Shown here: one piece after another, positions 56,407 to 64,000 of the stretch | How the letters are laid out: every line of letters starts with the position of its first letter | Position numbering within the stretch: position 1 is the stretch's first letter | From: an uncultured virus (IMG/VR IMGVR_UViG_3300027278_000011) | Taxonomy: Duplodnaviria > Heunggongvirae > Uroviricota > Caudoviricetes > Schitoviridae | IMG/VR virus record: IMGVR_UViG_3300027278_000011 | Length of the DNA: 64,000 nt | Reading direction: 5' to 3' (one strand) | Translations under genes and position numbers: made by a program | Notes under the pieces: model-generated | Database searches by the model: none | The model's input: the letters and a program-made list of their open reading frames with translations, nothing else | What the model was told of the DNA's origin: nothing

Positions 56407-57159
56407 TTACTTACCGAACAGCGACTTGCGTGGAGCACTGCCGGCTGCCGGTGCAGCAGCAGAAGTGCCAGCAGATTTCGGAGCACCAGCAGTACCGGCT
56501 TGACCGTCCTTGATAGTACGCTTATCGCGGATGTTGCCCTTGTTGCGTTCCAGCCAGGAGTCCCAGAACTTGGCCGATTCGGCACCTTCACGGGCTTCAA
56601 CCACGGTCATGCGGGTTTCGGTGTGGAAGACCTTATCGGTGGCGTTCAGCTCACGAGTTTCGGCAGTCGGCACGTATTCTTCACCGACTTTCTCGCTCTT
56701 GTTCTCCAGCACCTTGGCAATGCCGAGGCTGACTTCCAGACCCAACGCTTCGACCAGCATCGGAACGGCCTTGGGCAGTTCTTTCTTGGCCTCGCTGTCG
56801 TACAGCTTGATGGTCTTTTCTTCGGTTTCTTGCTCGGCCAGGGGTTTGCCGGTAGTGACGAGGCAGAGGTCGTCTACCAGGGTGAAGCCCGGCAGCGGAA
56901 CCTTCTTGGTCTTGTCGTCTTTGTTGAGGAAGAAGTTCTCGCCCTTCTTGTTGGTGATCCAGAAGGTCTCACGGTATTCGCTACCGTCAGCCAGCGAGAG
57001 GATCAGGGACACCGATTGAGCACCGCCAGGCGATTTACCGGCGTACAGGGCTTTGATCTTGCCGGTGTAAATGTCGGTTTCTTTCGGCTGGTAGCCACCA
57101 CCGAGACGATCCTGGGTTTGTTCCAGACCGTCGGATTTCAGATTGCCAAACAGGCTCAT
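56407..57159 (-). CDS. Single-stranded DNA-binding protein/late activator (N4 gp45-like)
   Basis: DRLGG, YRETFWITN..GEN, LPGF, C-terminal RKSLFGK; N4 synteny. Confidence 0.85.
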   Translation of the reverse strand: MSLFGNLKSDGLEQTQDRLGGGYQPKETDIYTGKIKALYAGKSPGGAQSVSLILSLADGSEYRETFWITNKKGENFFLNKDDKTKKVPLPGFTLVDDLCLVTTGKPLAEQETEEKTIKLYDSEAKKELPKAVPMLVEALGLEVSLGIAKVLENKSEKVGEEYVPTAETRELNATDKVFHTETRMTVVEAREGAESAKFWDSWLERNKGNIRDKRTIKDGQAGTAGAPKSAGTSAAAPAAGSAPRKSLFGK

Positions 57160-57203
57160 GTGCTTCTCTCTTTTACTGAGGATGGAGGGGAGAAAACAGC
57201 TAC

Positions 57204-57974
57204 TTAGTAGCTGCCATAGAACTCGGTGAGGTGATCCAGCAGAACCTGGACATCGTTGTCGATGTAGGTCTCAGCTTTCTCAAACATTCCCATCGGGGAA
57301 CGGATACGTTCACCAGTCGTACCTTTGGTGATGCGGGTCTGGAAGACGTGCTTGTAGCCAAGCTCACGCTCTTCTTCCGTGATAACCAGCATCTTGCTGC
57401 CGTACTTCTCCAATTCCTTGACAGGAATCTTCTTAGCCGCGACAACAGTGGTGAAGTAGGCTTCTACCCCTTGGTTCTTCAGGGCACCCTTGATAGGCAC
57501 AGCCGTCTTCATTTCCTGGTTCTTCTCGTCAAGCTCATCCTTGACGTGAGCGATGATGATCACAGGTTTGCCGAAAGCGGCCACCTTCTGCTGCATCACC
57601 GTCTTGAAGAACTGCTGATACGCAGACCAGCCAGCCATTGTGTTGGCTGAACCAATGACGTACAGACTTTCGAACATGTCCATCAGGAAGGTCATCGAGT
57701 CGATGATGATGCCATCAACTTGATCCTTGTTTGCGATGCACTCGTCCATGAAGGCGATTACATCCATAGGATCAGTGATGTTGATCCGATTGAACTTGTT
57801 CTTGAACGGTAGTCGCTTACCAGATTCAGTGTTGAGATAAACCCAACGCTCCTGATTGCGGATATTCCGCAGACTTGCCGACTTACCCTGAGTGGAGTAG
57901 CCCACAATCAGCACAAGCTGATCGAGACTACCCTCCAACTGGGATGGCGATTCTTGCTCTTCGGTTTCGCTCAT
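57204..57974 (-). CDS. AAA_24/Sak4-like ATPase (N4 gp44-like)
   Basis: GYSTQGKS, YLNTESGK, IIIDSMT, IIAH, RSPMGMF. Confidence 0.85.
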   Translation of the reverse strand: MSETEEQESPSQLEGSLDQLVLIVGYSTQGKSASLRNIRNQERWVYLNTESGKRLPFKNKFNRINITDPMDVIAFMDECIANKDQVDGIIIDSMTFLMDMFESLYVIGSANTMAGWSAYQQFFKTVMQQKVAAFGKPVIIIAHVKDELDEKNQEMKTAVPIKGALKNQGVEAYFTTVVAAKKIPVKELEKYGSKMLVITEEERELGYKHVFQTRITKGTTGERIRSPMGMFEKAETYIDNDVQVLLDHLTEFYGSY

Positions 57975-58034
57975 GGTTCCTCCAAGGGAAGTGAAATTAC
58001 CCCCGAACCCAGAAAAGTGTTCAGGGGCAATTGG

Positions 58035-60182
58035 TTATGCACGGGAGTAGCGTTTGGAGACTGTCACCAAGATGGTGTTGTCGATCTCCTCTTCATCCAG
58101 AGGCGTGTTCAGCTTCTGATTGAAGGCATGCACCTGTTTACCAACGGACATGAGATCCATGCCGCTATCCACCAGGGCCAGTGCGTACTTGATCATCTGG
58201 TTGTTACGGTTGCCAGAAGCAATGCGTTGAGCGAACCAGCGTTCCAGATTGTCCAGCGATTCCACGGCTTGAAAGCCCTGCTTGAACTGCTCGTTCTTGC
58301 TGGTCTTCGGGATAAAGCCCAACACGTCCAGCAACTCACCTTCCATGTTGTAGTGGCATGCACCGTTAAAGCATTCCCACTTCTTGGCTCGCTGATTGGC
58401 AGACTCATCCGTTTTGAACGGAAGCCATGCCATCACCATGTTCATGAACTCCTTGTACTCACCGGAATCCAATTCCAGGTAGTAGTTCATGGGGATGACC
58501 AGACGGAAACGGTTCTCTTCATCAGAGTGACGTTTCGTCGTGTACGTCATGAACTTGTATTCCTTCATGAGTTCATGGACGGTATTCAGAGCAATGCCCC
58601 CGTCAACGTCAATGACGATCATGTTGAAGCCGACGAACACATTTTCTTCTGCACGGTGCCCACCTTTGAAGTGGTGGTTGGCCCAGTGCATACCGTCGGT
58701 TTGAGTCAGCACATGGAGTTGGTCAAACGGCACCTTCTCACACATGTAGTTGTAGGCCCAGTGGTCGCTGTAGCTGATGACCATCTCGTCCAGATTGGTT
58801 TCCTTGAGGGTTTCACCCTTGAAGAACTCAATACCGTCAGTGAAGGTCTTCTTGATGATGATGTGCTTTTTGTAGCCCCAGGCGGTGGCCAGGGTCATCA
58901 ACTCATTACGTGCTGCGTTGCCCGACTTGTAGAACGGTAGGGCTTCCAGCAGATCAGCATGGGTCACTTCGGTGCCCACATCAGCGATGTACTTGGCCAG
59001 TTTCACATAGGTCTTTTCCCGGTTCAGGATCGACTGGAAAGCTGCACCAGACTCTTCCACCAGCAAGATGGCTTGTTTGAGGTGATCCATCTCCACTTCG
59101 ATGCTTTCATCCACGAAGGCAAAGGCACCAGCCAGTTTGAGCGCACGGAAGTAGCGGTGGCTGATTTCAGCCTTGCGGATCTCCTCGTGATCTGCCATTT
59201 GGTCGGCAGCTTTTTCGCACTCGATCTTGTAGGTCAACAGAGCGATGCCAACGTCATCCTCTACCTGCATCCGCCAGCCGTACATGCTGGCATCGGCCAG
59301 ACGGTGGAACTTGGTGGCCCATTTGTCGATCACAGCACTGTTGGAAGGCTGCGTCAGATTGGCGTAAATCTCCTCCGGTGTCTTGGTGTTGTGGGCCTTA
59401 CGACTGTGCTGGCCGATACCGAACAGGCAACGACGAGCGTAGCCAGTGTCCAGCATGTCGTAGAACTGGTCTTCAGTCTGGCCACCGTCCAGCAGCTTGC
59501 TCGGAGTACCGAACAGCAGCATGTTGGTGGGCGTCTTTCCGTCCAGCTCTTCACCACGGGTGTTCTCAGCAGTGTTTTTGGTGAGCTTCTGCTTCACCAA
59601 ACCCTGGTCGTACAGCTCAAGGAACAGAGTCAACACGTCAGCCGAACCCATCAGGTTGCTGCCGATTTCGTCAATCTGCAGGTTGATGGCACCACAGTTG
59701 CCCATCATGAGCTTGTGGCGAAGCTGTTTGACTGCAGGCGGGGTGCCTGAGTCGAAGGTGAATGGAATTGCACCAGCACGTTTGAACTCGCCTTCGGCTT
59801 TCTCAAACTCTTCTTGCTGGTCAGTGCCATTGCGAGCAGCACGCTCATTGGCGATTTCCCACAGATGCTTTTCAGCAATGATGGGGAAGGTGTCTTCCAT
59901 GAAGCGCTTTTTGAAGCCCTTCAGGAACTCAGTTTCCACGATGTTGACTGAGTGACCTTTGCCGAAGCCAGAGGTGGCCAGAGCAAGTGCGTAGATGTTG
60001 ACCGGAATTTCGCCCCGGTCTTTGGTGACGATGGTGGCACGCATGGAGCTAGCCATTTTGGCCAAAAAGTAGGCCATTTCCACCCGGAAGAATCCACGGT
60101 CGGTGTTCTGCGTTTTATTGCAGAGCACTTCCACAATTTCCTCGATGGCCGGGTGATGCGAAATCCCAGTCAAGTCGATCAT
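58035..60182 (-). CDS. DNA primase (N4 gp43-like)
   Basis: SGFGKG, IDEIG, VIDVDGG, YTTKRH, RFRLVIP, GNRNNQM. Confidence 0.88.
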   Translation of the reverse strand: MIDLTGISHHPAIEEIVEVLCNKTQNTDRGFFRVEMAYFLAKMASSMRATIVTKDRGEIPVNIYALALATSGFGKGHSVNIVETEFLKGFKKRFMEDTFPIIAEKHLWEIANERAARNGTDQQEEFEKAEGEFKRAGAIPFTFDSGTPPAVKQLRHKLMMGNCGAINLQIDEIGSNLMGSADVLTLFLELYDQGLVKQKLTKNTAENTRGEELDGKTPTNMLLFGTPSKLLDGGQTEDQFYDMLDTGYARRCLFGIGQHSRKAHNTKTPEEIYANLTQPSNSAVIDKWATKFHRLADASMYGWRMQVEDDVGIALLTYKIECEKAADQMADHEEIRKAEISHRYFRALKLAGAFAFVDESIEVEMDHLKQAILLVEESGAAFQSILNREKTYVKLAKYIADVGTEVTHADLLEALPFYKSGNAARNELMTLATAWGYKKHIIIKKTFTDGIEFFKGETLKETNLDEMVISYSDHWAYNYMCEKVPFDQLHVLTQTDGMHWANHHFKGGHRAEENVFVGFNMIVIDVDGGIALNTVHELMKEYKFMTYTTKRHSDEENRFRLVIPMNYYLELDSGEYKEFMNMVMAWLPFKTDESANQRAKKWECFNGACHYNMEGELLDVLGFIPKTSKNEQFKQGFQAVESLDNLERWFAQRIASGNRNNQMIKYALALVDSGMDLMSVGKQVHAFNQKLNTPLDEEEIDNTILVTVSKRYSRA

Positions 60183-61159
60183 TTCTGGTACTTGTCCTTT
60201 TGTGAGCAGATGGAGAAAGCGTCACAGTAGTCGCAACGCTTTGGTTCCCCCGGTATGGTGAGAATCACGCCTTTGTTGCCCTTCTCGGCTTTGAAGGCAT
60301 TCGCTTCAAGCAAAGAATCAAAGTTCTTCGTGGAGCGACCGGAGGTCTTTGCAGGGTCTGCGTAATACTTGAACTTAGGATCGGACATCCACAGTTCTTC
60401 GTCGGTGCAGTTCGGAATGTCCCGTTCCGGGGCATCCCAATACTTCATCACCAACTGCAGTTTCCATTCCACCCAACGCTGAATTTCAGCTTCAGAAAGC
60501 AGCACAATGTCTTTCGACTCGACACGTTTCTGCGGGTAGTTCGGGTTTTGCCTGGCTTGTGCCTTCTGCCAATCAGTGAAGATGTAGTTGATGCGAATGA
60601 AGTCTTCGGTGATCTTGTCCGGATTCAACCAGCGGTACAGGGAACCCTGTTGCTGGTGTTCTTCATCACGCCCACCGTAAACCCAGGTGTAGGCCGAAGT
60701 GGATTTGTTGTCGTGAACAATGCCCTCGGCAACCATGTCGAACTTGCCACCGACCGTCCAGGTCTTGCCATTGACCACTACGGCCTTCTTGGCTCGCTGT
60801 TCCAGATAGATTGGGATGGCGTTCGGGGTGCTGGCTAGCTCTTCCGGGGTTGGGTTGATGAGCACACGCTCGATCACTTTTTCCGGATAGCCCAGCAAGG
60901 CTAGACTGCGTTTGTAGCCTTTGACCCAGGACTTCTCGATGGAGTCGTGCAGGGAATGTCCCAAGGCACGAGCAATGAAGTCGGAAACGTCAGTTTCCAC
61001 CAGCTCACGAGGAATACGTCGTGGCAGGATGATGTGCCGCAAGGGCTTCATCAAAGTCGTGACCGAGATGTAATTCGGCTCGTTCACGTAGTCATACTCG
61101 TCATGCACCAGCCATACAGCAAGTGACAACGAGATGTTGAAGTTGTTGGTGATTTTCAT
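60179..61159 (-). CDS. PD-(D/E)XK/Cas4-like exonuclease (N4 gp42-like)
   Basis: LEQR, GKFD...DNKSTS, Q...Y, C-terminal RCDYCDAFSIC. Start re-called at MKITNN. Confidence 0.82.
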   Translation of the reverse strand: MKITNNFNISLSLAVWLVHDEYDYVNEPNYISVTTLMKPLRHIILPRRIPRELVETDVSDFIARALGHSLHDSIEKSWVKGYKRSLALLGYPEKVIERVLINPTPEELASTPNAIPIYLEQRAKKAVVVNGKTWTVGGKFDMVAEGIVHDNKSTSAYTWVYGGRDEEHQQQGSLYRWLNPDKITEDFIRINYIFTDWQKAQARQNPNYPQKRVESKDIVLLSEAEIQRWVEWKLQLVMKYWDAPERDIPNCTDEELWMSDPKFKYYADPAKTSGRSTKNFDSLLEANAFKAEKGNKGVILTIPGEPKRCDYCDAFSICSQKDKYQK

Positions 61160-61218
61160 GGCGTCTCCAGATGTACGAAAATAGGGCAACCCAGAAAAGG
61201 GCTGCCCTGTTCTTACGC

Positions 61219-61506
61219 CTATGGTTTGGGTAGCTCTCGGGTGTATTTCGCAAGATCACGTTTGGCGTAATGCACACGCTTTTCAGCGTCGTACTTGGCC
61301 TTGTGATCTGGCTTGCCATTGCCCAAACGGGCAGCAGCAGTACGCCAAATGGCCTTGAACTCACAGAACTCGTTTGGAGTAAGCTGCAGCGCCTCAGCGA
61401 TGTCCTCACACTCTGCCTGGTAAGGCGGCTGTTCGGCACGCTGGGGATGCTTCACATCCACGAGGTAGTAGTTGGTCAGCCCACCGGTGAGCTTACCTTC
61501 AGCCAT
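61219..61506 (-). CDS. DUF3310-like protein
   Basis: GGLTNYY..ECEDIAEAL..FKAIWR..YDAEKRVHYA. Confidence 0.65.
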   Translation of the reverse strand: MAEGKLTGGLTNYYLVDVKHPQRAEQPPYQAECEDIAEALQLTPNEFCEFKAIWRTAAARLGNGKPDHKAKYDAEKRVHYAKRDLAKYTRELPKP

Positions 61507-61810
61507 TGCTGGCTTCCTTGGTTACGCCAGGGCCGTAGAACTCTTCCTGGGTCATTTCGCCCAGATAGGAGAGGCTGTTGAACACCACATCGAGAACGAT
61601 CACCTCGACACCTTCCATGCGTTGATGCAGTTGCATCTGCAGATTCTGTTGGGTCATGCCCAGATGGGCAGCGGTGATGTTTTTCTCATCGGTGGGTAGC
61701 ACAGTGTTCAGGGTGAGGGTGTTGATTTGGTCTTGCAGCTCACCATCCACTTTGGTCTGGAAGACCAGCAGAGCACAAGCGAGGTGGTAATGGCGTTTCT
61801 GAGTATTCAT
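61499..61810 (-). CDS. Hypothetical protein (103 aa)
   Basis: Start re-called at MNTQKRHY; SYLGEMTQEEF. Confidence 0.7.
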   Translation of the reverse strand: MNTQKRHYHLACALLVFQTKVDGELQDQINTLTLNTVLPTDEKNITAAHLGMTQQNLQMQLHQRMEGVEVIVLDVVFNSLSYLGEMTQEEFYGPGVTKEASNG

Positions 61811-61835
61811 CGGTGCATTCTCGTGTGTTGTGGGG

Positions 61836-61868
61836 AAAAAGAAGGCGATCACTCAAGGAGGATCGCCC
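61836..61868 (-). terminator. Rho-independent terminator
   Basis: GGCGATC...GATCGCC stem followed by TTCTTTTT on the minus strand. Confidence 0.65.
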
Positions 61869-61888
61869 CATGAAAAAGCTGATATTGC

Positions 61889-62224
61889 TCAGCGTGTTAC
61901 GGTGTCGATGACCTCTACCTGTTCAGGGATGGTGAAGTAGGTCTCACCATCAGCTTTCTCGATTTTGACATCGAACTCCAGCAGGCCAAGTGGCCAATGC
62001 GAAGTATCTTTGATATAGACAGCGAGGGTACGGAATTTACCTTCGTCTTCTTCGGTGTCCTGCCAGACCACATCGAGTTCATCGACGTAACCAGAAGGCA
62101 GGCTGTTGCCTGTTTTCCGAATCTCTGCCTTTAGAAATGTGTCAACGAACTCACCATCCTCCACCGATTCCGGCAGGGACAGTGTTTGTGTAAAAGGGTT
62201 TCCTCGACGAATTTGCGTGGTCAC
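61889..62224 (-). CDS. BppU-like beta-sandwich protein (111 aa)
   Basis: GTG start after GGAGG; IRRGNPF..W.LG.LEFDVKI..VEVIDTVT. Confidence 0.6.
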   Translation of the reverse strand: MTTQIRRGNPFTQTLSLPESVEDGEFVDTFLKAEIRKTGNSLPSGYVDELDVVWQDTEEDEGKFRTLAVYIKDTSHWPLGLLEFDVKIEKADGETYFTIPEQVEVIDTVTR

Positions 62225-62225
62225 T

Positions 62226-64000
62226 CTAGCCTCCGGTGAGGGATTTGATGTGGGAGTCAATTATCTCGCAGATTTCTTGCTCGGTGCTTCCGTTGGGTAA
62301 CACCATTTCCTTGCTCCAGTCCGGATAGAAGATCGAAAGGTCTCCCCCCAGTTTCACTTGATCATGCTGAATGTCAGGGTGATCCTGCCATTGAACAGCC
62401 TTCACCAGATGCTCGTTGGTATATAGCACAGCAGAAATGCTGTCCCGAATCAACATATATTGAGCGTCGTGAATGTGGGCACAAGGCCGTATATCCAAGC
62501 GAAAATCACTATCTCGTACCTTGCCCATGAACTCGACACTAGCCCTAGTGTTTAGGAGGCACCAACTCTGCCCCAAGGCATTGCCTGCCGTTCGTCCCTC
62601 AGCTTCCGCTTCGTAGGGTGTCCGGCTGGTTCCTCGGATAACTTGGTGCAGTAAGGGTGTTCTGACACGTAACCCGAAAGCTACTGTGACGTACCCATCC
62701 TTACTTGCTTGGTCGAGCTTGTCCTGCACCCATTGGATCGAGACTGCGTAGAGTTCCTGGTACTTCTTCTCTACAGACTTGGCCTTCGTTTCCGAAAAGC
62801 CACAGTTGACCATCAAGGTTTTGTAGGTGCCCTGGTAGGTCAAAGCGAAGGTGGGTGCCTTGGAGTCCTGACGGAAATCCTTGTAGGCGATCTCGATGGA
62901 GTTGATGGACTCCACGGAGTCACCATTGATGTCTGGCATGTCCTCCCCGAAGTAAGCGTATGCCCGAAGGCAATGGCCATCGTAGCCATCGGTGTACACC
63001 TTCAGCTTGTTGGGATCTTTGGTGGTTAAAGCGGAGATGCGGTCTTCCAGTGAAGCGAAATCGAGTCCAGCGAAGATCCAGCCAGGGGGTGCCTGGAAAC
63101 AGGATTTGACGAGAGATCCAAGACTGAGCTTGCCCTTCTTCATGAACTTCTTGAGCAGTGGGAACAGCTCCAGAAGAGCTTCGCTCACCTTCATGGTGAC
63201 GTTCGCAGGCAGGTTCTGCAGGTTCGGTGAATTGCTGCTCAGGCGTCCGGAGACTGTGCCACCCAGTACGGAGTTTCCGAACAGGTAGTGCCAGCCATCT
63301 GGGCCAGGGCAGGCATTCTTGAATGCAGGGATGAACGATCCAAGGATCTTATCCACTGCAGCGAAGTCAGCCAGGGCAGACAACAATTCCAGAATGTCTG
63401 GGTTCTTTGTGTGGTGCTGTAGTTTCTCGATGGTGTCACCATCACACGATGGCTGCTTGGTGTCAGTTAGAGCAAGTACAGGAAGGTTGAGTTGCGTGTA
63501 TAGGAGGTGTTGCAGTTGCGGATTGCTGCGTGGGTTGAACTTGATCTTGGCCGGAACCTCGGCAATCGTGATTCTCTTATTCTTCCACTCTGCGTGCTTC
63601 TTCTCGATGTACATCTCTTTCAAGGTGTACTGGAACTGTTGCACACATTGCGTGCTTTCCATTCGATGAACTGCATCGTCGTATACGCCCTTGAGGGCTT
63701 CTTCGACTTTCAACACAGTTGGCATGTGGATTGGTAGACCAGTTAGCTGCATCTGCACAATGTCCAGCGTGGCTGGCTTGAACAGAGTTTCGTAAATCTC
63801 CAACTGAGAATCAGCAACCATCTGCGGATAACGCTTTCCATGCGTGAACCAAGTGGAAAGACTGTCCACTAGGTTGTATTCCAGCAGTTGAGGCAGGGGA
63901 ATACGGCGAATGTCCTTGATGTCTTCGTCATCTTGGGCATAGTTGCCAGCAAACTCTTGAGCTTGATCTTTCAGACTCAGTTTGTTTCCTGCACAACTGT
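62226..64000 (-). CDS. Family A DNA polymerase (5' end beyond the window)
   Basis: Frame stays open to the edge (LLEYNLVD, Exo III). TVSGRLSS, motif A GLDFASLE, motif B RQDSKAPTFALTY, motif C HIHDAQY. Confidence 0.95.
   Translation of the reverse strand, partial: SCAGNKLSLKDQAQEFAGNYAQDDEDIKDIRRIPLPQLLEYNLVDSLSTWFTHGKRYPQMVADSQLEIYETLFKPATLDIVQMQLTGLPIHMPTVLKVEEALKGVYDDAVHRMESTQCVQQFQYTLKEMYIEKKHAEWKNKRITIAEVPAKIKFNPRSNPQLQHLLYTQLNLPVLALTDTKQPSCDGDTIEKLQHHTKNPDILELLSALADFAAVDKILGSFIPAFKNACPGPDGWHYLFGNSVLGGTVSGRLSSNSPNLQNLPANVTMKVSEALLELFPLLKKFMKKGKLSLGSLVKSCFQAPPGWIFAGLDFASLEDRISALTTKDPNKLKVYTDGYDGHCLRAYAYFGEDMPDINGDSVESINSIEIAYKDFRQDSKAPTFALTYQGTYKTLMVNCGFSETKAKSVEKKYQELYAVSIQWVQDKLDQASKDGYVTVAFGLRVRTPLLHQVIRGTSRTPYEAEAEGRTAGNALGQSWCLLNTRASVEFMGKVRDSDFRLDIRPCAHIHDAQYMLIRDSISAVLYTNEHLVKAVQWQDHPDIQHDQVKLGGDLSIFYPDWSKEMVLPNGSTEQEICEIIDSHIKSLTGG

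Noticed and set aside
60179..61159. Cas4 as part of a CRISPR system
   Set aside because: No array or other cas genes; it is the conserved N4 replication-module nuclease.

Overview
The window is most of the genome of an N4-like podophage (Schitoviridae). It is shown reverse-complemented and apparently circularly permuted. Diagnostic genes are a giant Cys-free virion RNA polymerase (43756-55197), a split two-subunit RNAP II (8101-10500) with its gp2-like cofactor, N4-type GAA-triloop hairpin promoters, terminase, portal, major capsid, ejection proteins, lysis cassette, primase, SSB and a family-A DNA polymerase truncated at the right edge. Early and middle genes run on the minus strand (1-15.8 kb and 55.2-64 kb), late genes on the plus strand (16.2-55.2 kb). 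The physical genome end probably lies near 15.3-16.1 kb. The most unusual features are: (1) a ~740-nt intergenic stretch (868-1606) of abutting 15-26 bp helices enclosing multibranch hairpins, with G-U bias for the minus strand, a candidate large structured ncRNA or RNA-cassette array; (2) a GNAT acetyltransferase-like domain inserted in the injected vRNAP; (3) a tail module pairing GH5 and GH8-like glucanase domains with SGNH esterases, suggesting attack on acetylated cellulose; (4) an early cluster of macrodomain-like, SLOG and NADAR-like genes; (5) a three-domain putative immune-signal sponge fusion. All family assignments come from motifs read by eye; no searches or folding programs were run.
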